A DNA stretch of 51,807 nucleotides from Candidatus Pacearchaeota archaeon (GCA_038817835.1 JAWAZI010000005.1:1-51807); one strand, 5' to 3'. Counted from the stretch's first letter, positions 18,349-27,406 are shown. Program-made: numbers and translations. The notes: generated from the sequence alone by a model not told the origin.

Positions 18349-21300
18349 ATGGAATTTGAATATAAAGGACTTTGTCCAAATTGCAATAATACTATAAGTT
18401 CTAAAAGATTAGAGAAAGGCTTACCATGTGAAATTTGTTTGCCAGATAATTCAAAAAAAATTAGAGAAGGTTTTATTACTAGATTAGCTTTAAGAAACAA
18501 AAATTTGGAAGAAATCGAGAAAATTTTTCAGAAAATTTTGAAAACTAACATGTGGGCTTTGCAAAGGTTCTGGGCAAGAAGATTTCTAGAAGGAGAGAGT
18601 TTTGCTTTGATTACTCCTACAGGAAGTGGAAAAACTACTATGCAAATTATACTAAGCTTGTATGCTTCATCAAAAATGAATAAAAGATGTTTAATAATTT
18701 TACCAACAAGCATTCTTGTGCATCAGGTTAGCGAGAAATTAAAAAATTTTAAAGAAAGCCTTAACTTGCAATTAGAAATAGCATTTTATCATAGCATGCT
18801 AACAAAGAAACAAAAAGAAGAACAGCTTAAAAAAATGGAAAAAGCTCAAATAATAGTTACTACTCACTTAAGCATAATGAAAAAGAAAGAAATAAACTCA
18901 CAAAATATTGATTTAGTTTTTGTTGATGATGTTGATAGTTTTCTTAAGAGAAGTAAAAGCGTTATGTACGTTTTTAAAATGCTAAAATTGCCAAGAAAAA
19001 TTAAAAATATAATTCTAAAAGTTTATGAAAAGAAAATCGAGCTGAAAGATGCTTTGCAAAAAATAGAAAAAATGAAAAGCAAAGAAGAAATCAAATGCCA
19101 AGTTATAGTAAGCGGTGCCACTCCGAGAGGAAAAAGAACTAGAAGCATTCTTATTTTGACTAGGCTTTTTGGCTTTACTTTGGGAGGAAAGTTTGAATTT
19201 GGAAGAAAAATCCTAGATGCTTACCTTAAGCCAAAAAAATCTTTTGAAGAAGAGGTTTTAGAAATAATTAAAAAAGTTGGTGGAGGAGCTTTAATTTTTG
19301 TTCCTTCTGAGAAAGGAAGTAATTTTGCAGAAAGTTTAGAAAAATATCTTCAAGAAAAAAACATAAAAGCAAGAGCTTTTCTCAAGCCAAATAAAAAATA
19401 CTTTGAAATGTTTGATAAAGGCGAGCTTGATTGTTTAATAGGAATGGCAACTATAAGAAGCCCTTTAGTTAGAGGAATAGATTTACCTCATAGGATAAGA
19501 TATGCTATTTTTGTAGGCATTCCAAAGTTTTTGATAAGAATTAACATTCAGGAATTTCATCCTACAAAATGGCTTATGCTTTTGAATAATATTTCTCATG
19601 CAATAGGAGAAAATTATAAGAAAGAATTTGAGATTTTAGTTCAAAAATTAGCTAAAATTAAAACTTTAACATCAGAACAATTGAAAATTATTAGAGAAGC
19701 TATCAGAGATAATAAAAAATTAGAAGGTTTTCTTGAATATGCAAGAGAAATTGCTTTAAGAGGAATGGATTTCTTTCAAAAAATACTCAAAGATCAAAAC
19801 ATAATTAAAGCATTAAAAGAATCTCCTACGATATCTTTTGGAATTGAGAAAAATGAATATTATTTTTTAGTAGTCGATGAAATTGCCTATATTCAAGCAA
19901 GCGGAAGAACAAGTAGACTTTACATAGGAGGCTTAACAAAAGGATTAAGCATTGTTATTATAGATGATGAAAAAGCATTTAATAACCTTAAAAAAGAGCT
20001 TAGCTACTTTGAAGATATAGAGTGGAAAAATTTTGAAGAAATTGATTTGCCTTCTTTGATAAGAGAAATAGACGAAGATAGAGAAAATGTCTTGCTAGCA
20101 CAAGAAGGTAAACTTAAAGTTGAGGAGAGAATTTCTCTTTCAACTATTCTTTTCATAGTGGAATCGCCAAACAAAGCAAGGACTATAGCAAGATACTTTG
20201 GAAGACCTTTCAGAAAAAATATTGAAGATTTGAAAACTTTTGAAGTTTTTATAGAGAATTCTTTAGCTATAATAACAGCAAGTAAAGGTCATATTACTGA
20301 TTTAGATTTAGTTGAAGGTTTGTTTGGAGTTAAAGTTAATAACGATTTTGTTCCTGTTTATAGAGCAATCAAAAAATGTAGATACTGTGGGAAAGAAGTT
20401 GAAAATGATGCTTGCCCTATTTGCAATAAAAAAGATTTTATTAGCTCTGAGCCAAGAATTAAAGTTTTAAGGAGAATTGCAAGCTTAGTTGATAAAGTAG
20501 TAATAGGCACAGATCCTGATGCTGAAGGAGAAAAAATAGCTTTTGATTTGTATCTTTTGCTTAAACCATTTAATCAAAACATCAAAAGAGCAAGGTTTCA
20601 TGAAGTTACAAAAAAAGGAATAATTAACAGTTTAAAAAATTTAGAGGATTTTGATCTTAAGCTAGTAGAAGCACAGGTTGTGAGAAGAATTCAAGATAGA
20701 TGGATAGGTTTCAGCATAAGCCCTGTGCTTTGGAAAGTTTTCAATAATAATAAACTTTCAGCAGGTAGGGTTCAAACTCCTGTTTTAGGTTGGATATATG
20801 AAAGAACTAAAAAGTTGAAGGAAAAACAAGAGTTAATAAACGTTATTTTAAAGAATGGTCTAAAACTTTCTTTCAAGGGTGAGCTTGGAACATTGAAAAA
20901 AATTTTGAAAAACAGAGTTGCAGATATTCTTAAAGTAGAAAGAAAAGTAGAGGAAATTAACCCATATCCTCCTTTCACAACAGATACTTTAATTTCAGCG
21001 CTCACTTCTTCATTAAAAATTGATGCAAATGAAGCTATGAAAATAGCTCAAAAACTTTTCGAGAGCGGTTTAATAACTTATCACAGAACTAATAGCACTA
21101 CTGTAAGCAGCACCGGAATAGCGATAGCGAAAGATTATATCTCTTCAAAATTTGGAGAGCACTTTGTTAAAGAAAGAAGATGGCAAACTGAAGGGGCTCA
21201 TGAATGTATTAGACCAACAAAAGCTATAGATTTGGAAAGATTGAGAAGCATGATAGCTCTTAAAACGATTAGAGTTGCTTTAAGTGAGCAAGAGCTTAAA

Positions 21301-21879
21301 GCTTATGATATAATTTTCAAAAGATTTATAGCAAGTCAAATGAAAGCTACGAAGGTAGAAAAGGTTTATATAAAAGTGTTAATAGCAGGAAAAGAAATGG
21401 ACTTCGAGTTTTTAACAAGGGTATTGGAGCATGGTTTTTCAAAGATTGCTCCTATTTATACAAAAGAAATCCCAGAAGTTAAAGAAGGAAAACAATGGAT
21501 TTCCTTTGTTAGAAGAAAGGTTGTTCAAGCTTATTATCCGTTTACTTATTCCGAAATAGTTTCTATGATGAAAGAAAAAGGTATAGGAAGACCTTCAACT
21601 TATGCCAAAATTTTGGAAATTTTGAAGAAAAGAGAATATGTTAAAGAAATTAATAAAAGGCTTGTTTCAACTTTGCTTGGTGCAAGAGTTTATTTCTTCT
21701 TGAGAGAAAAATATGGAAAATATCTAAATGAAGAATTGACAAAGATTTTAGAAGAAAGAATGGATAAGATCGAAAAAGGTGAAGCCAAAGCTCAAGAAGT
21801 TATAAAAGAATTTTTTACAGAAGTTAATGAAATAATGAAAAATGCTATGAAAAAAGGTGTAAGATATAATATAAATTAA
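18349..21879 (+). CDS. rgy: Reverse gyrase
   Basis: N-terminal CxxC..CxxC, Walker A TPTGSGKTT, DDVD, QASGRTSR, Toprim IVESPNKA, second Zn finger CRYC..CPIC, DPDAEGE, LSAGRVQTP, catalytic ITYHRT, GIGRPSTYA; 1176 aa. Confidence 0.97.
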   Translation: MEFEYKGLCPNCNNTISSKRLEKGLPCEICLPDNSKKIREGFITRLALRNKNLEEIEKIFQKILKTNMWALQRFWARRFLEGESFALITPTGSGKTTMQIILSLYASSKMNKRCLIILPTSILVHQVSEKLKNFKESLNLQLEIAFYHSMLTKKQKEEQLKKMEKAQIIVTTHLSIMKKKEINSQNIDLVFVDDVDSFLKRSKSVMYVFKMLKLPRKIKNIILKVYEKKIELKDALQKIEKMKSKEEIKCQVIVSGATPRGKRTRSILILTRLFGFTLGGKFEFGRKILDAYLKPKKSFEEEVLEIIKKVGGGALIFVPSEKGSNFAESLEKYLQEKNIKARAFLKPNKKYFEMFDKGELDCLIGMATIRSPLVRGIDLPHRIRYAIFVGIPKFLIRINIQEFHPTKWLMLLNNISHAIGENYKKEFEILVQKLAKIKTLTSEQLKIIREAIRDNKKLEGFLEYAREIALRGMDFFQKILKDQNIIKALKESPTISFGIEKNEYYFLVVDEIAYIQASGRTSRLYIGGLTKGLSIVIIDDEKAFNNLKKELSYFEDIEWKNFEEIDLPSLIREIDEDRENVLLAQEGKLKVEERISLSTILFIVESPNKARTIARYFGRPFRKNIEDLKTFEVFIENSLAIITASKGHITDLDLVEGLFGVKVNNDFVPVYRAIKKCRYCGKEVENDACPICNKKDFISSEPRIKVLRRIASLVDKVVIGTDPDAEGEKIAFDLYLLLKPFNQNIKRARFHEVTKKGIINSLKNLEDFDLKLVEAQVVRRIQDRWIGFSISPVLWKVFNNNKLSAGRVQTPVLGWIYERTKKLKEKQELINVILKNGLKLSFKGELGTLKKILKNRVADILKVERKVEEINPYPPFTTDTLISALTSSLKIDANEAMKIAQKLFESGLITYHRTNSTTVSSTGIAIAKDYISSKFGEHFVKERRWQTEGAHECIRPTKAIDLERLRSMIALKTIRVALSEQELKAYDIIFKRFIASQMKATKVEKVYIKVLIAGKEMDFEFLTRVLEHGFSKIAPIYTKEIPEVKEGKQWISFVRRKVVQAYYPFTYSEIVSMMKEKGIGRPSTYAKILEILKKREYVKEINKRLVSTLLGARVYFFLREKYGKYLNEELTKILEERMDKIEKGEAKAQEVIKEFFTEVNEIMKNAMKKGVRYNIN

Positions 21880-21910
21880 AGTTCTTTATAATAAATTATT
21901 AAAAATTAAA

Positions 21911-21983
21911 TGCGCCGGCCGGGATTTGAACCCGGGTCTGGAGCGTGGCAGGCTCCTGTCCTACCAGACTAGACTACCGGCGC
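21911..21983 (-). tRNA. tRNA-Gly(GCC), no intron, CCA not encoded
   Basis: Minus strand GCGCCGG...GGAGC-CTGCCAC-GCTCC...GGTTCAAATCC...CCGGCGC-A. Confidence 0.97.
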
Positions 21984-21984
21984 A

Positions 21985-22242
21985 TTAAATTTTTATTTCT
22001 TCTTCAGATTTTTTTAATATTAATTTAAAGATAACATCTCCGAATACTTTCCTTCCACAGTCATCACATATTTCTATTATTCTGTTAACTTCTTTGCCGC
22101 AGTAATTACATTTTCTTACATTTTCTTTTCTTTTATTATTAAATATTTCTTCATATCTCTCTCCCCAAATCTTTTTTCCACAATCTTTACAAATTTCTAT
22201 GTTGCTTTCAATTTCTTTATTACAATATAAACACTTTTTCAT
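21985..22242 (-). CDS. Small protein of two tandem CxxC-x10-CxxC zinc-ribbon repeats
   Basis: KCLYCNKEIESNIEICKDCGKKIWG / KCNYCGKEVNRIIEICDDCGRKVFG. Confidence 0.8.
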   Translation of the reverse strand: MKKCLYCNKEIESNIEICKDCGKKIWGERYEEIFNNKRKENVRKCNYCGKEVNRIIEICDDCGRKVFGDVIFKLILKKSEEEIKI

Positions 22243-22267
22243 TTTTTTCTAAATTTTATTTATTTTA

Positions 22268-22340
22268 TGGGCCCGCCAGGATTCGAACCTGGGATCTCTG
22301 CCTCGTAAGGGCAGCGTCGTAACCACTAGACCACGGGCCC
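22268..22340 (-). tRNA. tRNA-Val(TAC), no intron, CCA not encoded
   Basis: Minus strand GGGCCCG...CTGCC-CTTACGA-GGCAG...GGTTCGAATCC...CGGGCCC-A. Confidence 0.97.
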
Positions 22341-22376
22341 TGCTATATTTTTAATAATCTTTAAATTTTTAAAAAT

Positions 22377-23147
22377 TTATTCTAAAATTTCAATCTCTTC
22401 AAGAGATTTTAAAAAGATCTCAGGTTTATTTTTGTAAATTTCTACTTTTCCTTTTACTTTTACTTCTTTTTTCTCATAAATTTTTAAATTTTGATTAGAG
22501 AAATTTAATATTGCTACAAAACAATTATATGGATATTTTCCTTCAAAATTTAGATAAGTTTTATTTTTTGTAATATAAACCTCAAAAATTCTTCCATATA
22601 AAGTTACTTCTTTTCCAACAAAATTTATCGCATTACATACATGATAGTCATTCCATTTACAACCTATTTTATTTTTTCTACTTAATTCCTCAGATTTTAT
22701 AAAAATTTCACTATATTCATCATCACTGACTCTTGCTATAGCATATCCTTCTTGAATCATTTTTAAATTTATATTTTCTCCATTTAAAATTATATATCTT
22801 AAACTTCTGTTATAAGCATCAACATCTTTATCAAAGTATTCCCCAATTACTTCTTTGTTAAGTAAAATTTCTTCAAGTCTATATTTTGCAGCATAATAAC
22901 ATTTTTCATTTTTTTCATCAGCATCAATTCCATTAAGCCTTATTACTTTTCCATTAGCTATTATAGTATCACCATCAATTATTTTTGTAACAAACAAAAT
23001 TTCAGTATTTTTTACTTTTTCATTTTTTATTTCTTTTATAGAATATGCATGAAAATTTTCTTTATTTTCTTTATTATGAAAAAATAAAAAATAAACAAAA
23101 ATTAAAGCAATAATTATTATTAAAATCAATAAAAAATTTTTTCTCAT
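22377..23147 (-). CDS. Membrane-anchored thermonuclease (SNase-like) with C-terminal OB-fold-like domain
   Basis: N-terminal TM; IIDGDT, IRLNGIDADE, DAYNRSLRY, GYA; C-terminal VGKEVTLYG..YLNF..VKGKVEIYKNKPEI. Confidence 0.88.
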   Translation of the reverse strand: MRKNFLLILIIIIALIFVYFLFFHNKENKENFHAYSIKEIKNEKVKNTEILFVTKIIDGDTIIANGKVIRLNGIDADEKNEKCYYAAKYRLEEILLNKEVIGEYFDKDVDAYNRSLRYIILNGENINLKMIQEGYAIARVSDDEYSEIFIKSEELSRKNKIGCKWNDYHVCNAINFVGKEVTLYGRIFEVYITKNKTYLNFEGKYPYNCFVAILNFSNQNLKIYEKKEVKVKGKVEIYKNKPEIFLKSLEEIEILE

Positions 23148-23764
23148 TTTTTTTCTAGTTTTACAAGCAAAATTAAATTTTTGTTTTTTATTTCTTTTAA
23201 TATTCTAAATCCATATTTTTTAAATAGTTTTTTCAATTCTGACATTGTGAAAAAATAATAATAACGCCAATATTTCTTTCCTTTAACTTGCCATGGTATG
23301 TAGTTATATTTCTTTTTACTTTTTTTGTTCCAAACAGATATTAAAGCTAATCCACCATTCTTTAGAACTCTTCTCATTTCTTTTATACATTCTATTTGCT
23401 TTTTTTTATTTAGATGATGTAAAGTTGCAATATTTAATATATAATCAAAACTATTATCTTTAAAAGGTAATTTTTCTGCTCTTGCTTTTTTTAATTTAAC
23501 TTTAAAATTATATTTTTTGCAATATTTTTTAGCATATTTTAACATTTCTTTTGAGAAATCTATTCCATAACATTCAAAATTTTTTTCACCAAAAGTTCTA
23601 AGATTTCTACAATTACCACAACCTATTTCGAGAATTTTTCCTTTTTTTAATTTTGCTAACTTTTCTATTTCTTTGCTTACGTCTTCAAATTGTTTTTGTC
23701 TAAAATGGTACCATTGCTCTGCAATGGCATCCCATACTTTTTCTTGATCTTTAATCATTTTCAA
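23144..23764 (-). CDS. Class I SAM methyltransferase, Trm9/ALKBH8-like
   Basis: VWDAIAEQW, LEIGCGNCRN, GIDFS, IATLHHL, ALISVW, IPW..RYYYFF..EL; start may be the Met at 23758. Confidence 0.75.
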   Translation of the reverse strand: MKMIKDQEKVWDAIAEQWYHFRQKQFEDVSKEIEKLAKLKKGKILEIGCGNCRNLRTFGEKNFECYGIDFSKEMLKYAKKYCKKYNFKVKLKKARAEKLPFKDNSFDYILNIATLHHLNKKKQIECIKEMRRVLKNGGLALISVWNKKSKKKYNYIPWQVKGKKYWRYYYFFTMSELKKLFKKYGFRILKEIKNKNLILLVKLEKK

Positions 23765-23799
23765 CTATAATATTTAAAATTTAAAATCTTTATTTTAAA

Positions 23800-25152
23800 A
23801 TGAAGAAACCAACAAGAAGCATTAGTGGAGTAACTCCCATTACTGTAGTTGTAAAACCAAAAAAATGTAATCATGGAACTTGCTTATATTGCCCAACTTT
23901 AGGAGTTCCACAATCTTATACTCCAAAAAGCCCAGCAATTATGAGGGCTAAAGCATTAAATTATGATCCATATAAGCAAGTAAAAGCTAGACTTAAAGCA
24001 TTAAAGTTAATGAAACATCCTATAGATAAAATAGAATTAATTATCATTGGTGGAACATTTTTAGAATATCCTATTGATTATCAATATAATTTTATTAAAT
24101 CATGCTATAATGCTTTAAATAACAAAATAAGTAAAACTCTCTCTGAAGCAAAGAAACTTAATGAGAAATCTAAACATAGATGTGTTGCTTTATGTATTGA
24201 AACTAGACCAGATGTTTGTAGTAAAGAAGATATAAATAGAATGCTAGATTATGGTTGTACTCGTGTAGAGCTTGGTGTACAGGCCATAGATGATGAAATA
24301 TATAAATTAATTAATCGTGGTCATGAAGTAAAAGATGTTATTCGTGCTACAAAATTATTAAAAGATTCTGCTTTTAAAGTTGGTTATCATATAATGCCAG
24401 GTTTGCCAGGATCAAATTTCGAGAAAGATATAAAAATGTTTAAGAAGTTATTTTATTCTCAGAATTTTAGACCAGATCAATTAAAGATTTATCCTTGTCA
24501 AGTTATTAAAGGAAGTGGGCTTGAGGAAATGTATAATAAAGGCTTATATAAACCTTATTCAAATGAAGATTTAATAAAACTTTTGATAGAATTCAAAAAA
24601 ATAGTTCCTCGTTACTGTAGAATTATGCGTGTTATGAGGGTAGTTCCTAAAGATTTTTTAGTTGCAGGAACAACATTGATAAATTTGAGAGATATAATAG
24701 CAAAAGAAATGCAGAAACAAGGATTGAGATGCAAATGCATTAGATGCAGAGAAGTAGGATTTGCATTATTAAAAAATAAAAAAATTAATGAAGAATTAAG
24801 ATTAAATATCATTAAATATAATGCTTCAAATGGTAAAGAATTTTTTGTAGAAGTTATAAATAATGATGATATAATATTTGGATTAATTCGTTTGAGAATA
24901 CCAAATAAAAATAAAGAATTACTCATAAGAGAACTTCATGTTTATGGTCCATCATTAGAAATAGGAAAAAAATGCGAGAATGCAGTACAGCATAAAGGTA
25001 TAGGAAAATGGCTTATGAAAAAAGCAGAAGAAATTGCTATAAAAAATAAATGTAAAAAAATAAAAATTATTTCTGGAGTTGGAGTTAGAGAATATTATAG
25101 AAATTTAGGTTATATTCTTGAGGAAAATTATATGGTAAAATACATATCTTAA
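23800..25152 (+). CDS. elp3: Elp3 radical SAM/KAT tRNA U34 carboxymethyltransferase
   Basis: RSISGV, CNHGTCLYCP, GGTF, IETRPD, VELGVQ, HIMPGLP, LKIYP, RELHVYG, QHKGIG. Confidence 0.95.
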   Translation: MKKPTRSISGVTPITVVVKPKKCNHGTCLYCPTLGVPQSYTPKSPAIMRAKALNYDPYKQVKARLKALKLMKHPIDKIELIIIGGTFLEYPIDYQYNFIKSCYNALNNKISKTLSEAKKLNEKSKHRCVALCIETRPDVCSKEDINRMLDYGCTRVELGVQAIDDEIYKLINRGHEVKDVIRATKLLKDSAFKVGYHIMPGLPGSNFEKDIKMFKKLFYSQNFRPDQLKIYPCQVIKGSGLEEMYNKGLYKPYSNEDLIKLLIEFKKIVPRYCRIMRVMRVVPKDFLVAGTTLINLRDIIAKEMQKQGLRCKCIRCREVGFALLKNKKINEELRLNIIKYNASNGKEFFVEVINNDDIIFGLIRLRIPNKNKELLIRELHVYGPSLEIGKKCENAVQHKGIGKWLMKKAEEIAIKNKCKKIKIISGVGVREYYRNLGYILEENYMVKYIS

Positions 25153-25186
25153 AAAAATTTAAAAATATTAATTTAAAATTTATTTA

Positions 25187-25384
25187 ATGATAATCCCAAT
25201 TAGATGCTTTAGTTGTGGTAAACCAATAGCACATTTATGGAACAAATTTAAGGAGAGAGTCGAAAAAGGAGAAAAAGCAGAAAAAGTTTTGGATGATTTA
25301 GGATTAAAGAGATATTGTTGCAGGCAAATGTTTTTAGGACATGAAGATTATATACATTTAGTTGCAAAATTCAAAAAATTTTAA
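25187..25384 (+). CDS. rpo10: RNA polymerase subunit Rpo10 (N)
   Basis: MIIPIRCFSCGK...RYCCR. Confidence 0.97.
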   Translation: MIIPIRCFSCGKPIAHLWNKFKERVEKGEKAEKVLDDLGLKRYCCRQMFLGHEDYIHLVAKFKKF

Positions 25385-25686
25385 TTTTTAAACTTAAATC
25401 TTCTTTTACTTTTACAATAAAAACAAGTAAACACAATAAAACCTTTAACAATTCTTTTTGTTGCTGTTTTTCCAATTATAAAAGGCATAAAACATTTTTT
25501 ACAGTAGCCTTGTCTTATATCTTTTGGAAGTTTAACTTTTACATGTTTTTTTATTGCTCTTATTTGTTTTATATAACTTCTTGCTCTTTCTGGGTTTATG
25601 GTGGCTATATTTAGAGCTTCATTCCATAAATTATTAATACTAATTAAAGCATTTTCTTTTACATCTTTTTTTGTAGGTTTTTTCAT
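25381..25686 (-). CDS. rnp4: RNase P protein component 4 (Rpp21)
   Basis: ERARSY, YCKKC...TCFYC Zn ribbon, KRRF; 101 aa. Confidence 0.85.
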   Translation of the reverse strand: MKKPTKKDVKENALISINNLWNEALNIATINPERARSYIKQIRAIKKHVKVKLPKDIRQGYCKKCFMPFIIGKTATKRIVKGFIVFTCFYCKSKRRFKFKN

Positions 25687-26654
25687 TCAAATAATTGACT
25701 TAAAGATTGTTGTGTATATATTCTAAAAATTGCTTCTGCAAAAAGATCGGTTAGATCAACTATTTCAAGATAATTATTATTTATATTTCTTGTATTACTA
25801 ATAAAAAATTTATCAAAATATGGTTTTAATTTTTCTACACCTTCACTAAATATTGCATGAGTTGCATAAGCAAATATTTTATTTGCTCCATTTTTTCTTA
25901 AAGTTTCTGAAGCATTTATTAAAGTATTTCCAGAATCTACAATATCATCTACAATCAATACATTTTTATCTTTTACATTTCCAACAAGTTTATATTCACT
26001 TATTTCTCCTTCTTTTGGTCTATGTTTATAACTAAAAACTAATTCTGAATTTTTGTTAAATTCTTTTGTAAATCTCTTTAAAAATGCTTTTGCTCTTTCT
26101 ACACCACCAACATCAGGACTCATAATAACTAAATTATCTTGCATTTCAGGATATTTATTAAATATATATCTTATTGCATAAGGAAATGAGTATAAATTAT
26201 CTAGAGGAATATTATAAAATCCTTGAATTTGTGGGGCATGCAAATCTACAGTTATAACTCTATCAGCATATAAGCTAATAACATCAGCAACAACTTTTGC
26301 ATTTATTGCTACTCTACTTTCATCTTTTCTATCTTGACGTGAAAAAAGTAAATATGGCAAAACATCGATAACTTTTTTTGCAGAAGCATATTTTAATGCA
26401 TAATTGGTTAATGCTAACTGAGTGAACCATTCTACTGGCTTTATTGAACTATCATGAATAAAAAAGCATTGTTTTTCTCTTACATTTTCCTCTATTTTTA
26501 CTTTAATTTCACAATCTCTAAATTTAGTTATTTTTATTCCTATAAGTTGAACTTTTTCATTTAATTTTTCTTCAACTTTTTCATGAATTGATTTTATAAA
26601 TTTAAAATTTTCTTTTAAATTTCCAATAATACATATATCTTCTAATTTTTTCAT
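25683..26654 (-). CDS. prs: Ribose-phosphate pyrophosphokinase
   Basis: PYLLFSRQDRK, VDLHAPQIQGFY, SPDVGG, IVDDIVDSGNTL, ATHAIFS. Confidence 0.95.
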   Translation of the reverse strand: MKKLEDICIIGNLKENFKFIKSIHEKVEEKLNEKVQLIGIKITKFRDCEIKVKIEENVREKQCFFIHDSSIKPVEWFTQLALTNYALKYASAKKVIDVLPYLLFSRQDRKDESRVAINAKVVADVISLYADRVITVDLHAPQIQGFYNIPLDNLYSFPYAIRYIFNKYPEMQDNLVIMSPDVGGVERAKAFLKRFTKEFNKNSELVFSYKHRPKEGEISEYKLVGNVKDKNVLIVDDIVDSGNTLINASETLRKNGANKIFAYATHAIFSEGVEKLKPYFDKFFISNTRNINNNYLEIVDLTDLFAEAIFRIYTQQSLSQLFE

Positions 26655-26749
26655 AAAAAGATGATAATTTTATATTAAAAATTTTTTCTATTGAAAATTG
26701 AATTATTTTTAATAAAAAATTTTAAAAATTTTTAAAATATAATAAATTT

Positions 26750-26861
26750 GAAGATGGCCATAGGCTGGTGGAAACGCCTGTTCCCATTCCGAACACAGAA
26801 GCTAAGCACCAGCCGTTGTGGATTGTACTGCTGAAGAGTGGGAACTCCACAAGCCATCTTC
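26750..26861 (+). rRNA. rrf: 5S rRNA, unlinked, 112 nt
   Basis: Helix I GAAGATGGC/GCCATCTTC; helix II GCTGGTG/CACCAGC; conserved CCCATTCCGAACAC loop; GTA/GAA loop E-like motif. Confidence 0.93.
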
Positions 26862-27204
26862 ATTTTATTAAATATTTTATCTCAATTTCTTTAATTTTAT
26901 TCTCTAATTCATTTTTCTGAGTATATGGAGAAAGACGGAAAAGAGGATAAAGATAAGATGCTATTTCAGTAGGTAAAATTTGATTTGAAGCTAATATCTC
27001 CCTTTTTGATTTTATAGATACTTCAATCATTGGAAAATGATAAATAAAATGCTTATTATTTTTTTCGATTATTCCTTTATATATTATTCTTCCTTCATAG
27101 TTCTCAAATAAAGCTCCAAGATTTGGATTATCTTTATCTTTTATAACTAAATAACTTCCACATAGAATATTATTAAAAGCTTTTTTAACTAGTCTCTCTT
27201 TCAT
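26860..27204 (-). CDS. Hypothetical protein (114 aa)
   Basis: ORF fills the gap between 5S and tRNA-Met; no motif recognised; TGA overlaps the 5S 3' end. Confidence 0.6.
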   Translation of the reverse strand: MKERLVKKAFNNILCGSYLVIKDKDNPNLGALFENYEGRIIYKGIIEKNNKHFIYHFPMIEVSIKSKREILASNQILPTEIASYLYPLFRLSPYTQKNELENKIKEIEIKYLIK

Positions 27205-27263
27205 AATTTTATCAAATGCAAAAATTAATAAAAATTTTTGTTATTACTATTAATAGATATATT

Positions 27264-27335
27264 GCCCCGGTAGCTCAGTGGTAGAGCGCCGCTCTCATAA
27301 GGCGGTAGTCGTGGGTTCGAATCCCACCCGGGGCA
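27264..27335 (+). tRNA. tRNA with CAT anticodon, probably elongator tRNA-Met (Ile2 not excluded)
   Basis: GCCCCGG...CCGCT-CTCATAA-GGCGG...GTGGGTTCGAATCCCAC-CCGGGGC-A; lacks initiator A1-U72 and the GGG/CCC anticodon stem. Confidence 0.9.
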
Positions 27336-27380
27336 TAATTATATCTAAGATATATTATATCCTAAAGCATAAAATATAAA

Positions 27381-27406
27381 ATAATAAAATAAAAAAGAAA
27401 GAAAAA
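27381..27406 (-). terminator. Oligo(T)-rich tract after albA, candidate intrinsic terminator
   Basis: Minus strand TTTTTCTTTCTTTTTTATTTTATT directly after the stop codon. Confidence 0.4.

Noticed and set aside
18330-21983. rgy as cargo of an element integrated at tRNA-Gly
   Set aside because: No integrase and no duplicate of the tRNA 3' end seen on the other side
21911-27335. tRNA introns or split tRNAs (known in Nanoarchaeota)
   Set aside because: All three genes fold as contiguous 72-73 nt cloverleaves with no bulge-helix-bulge insert
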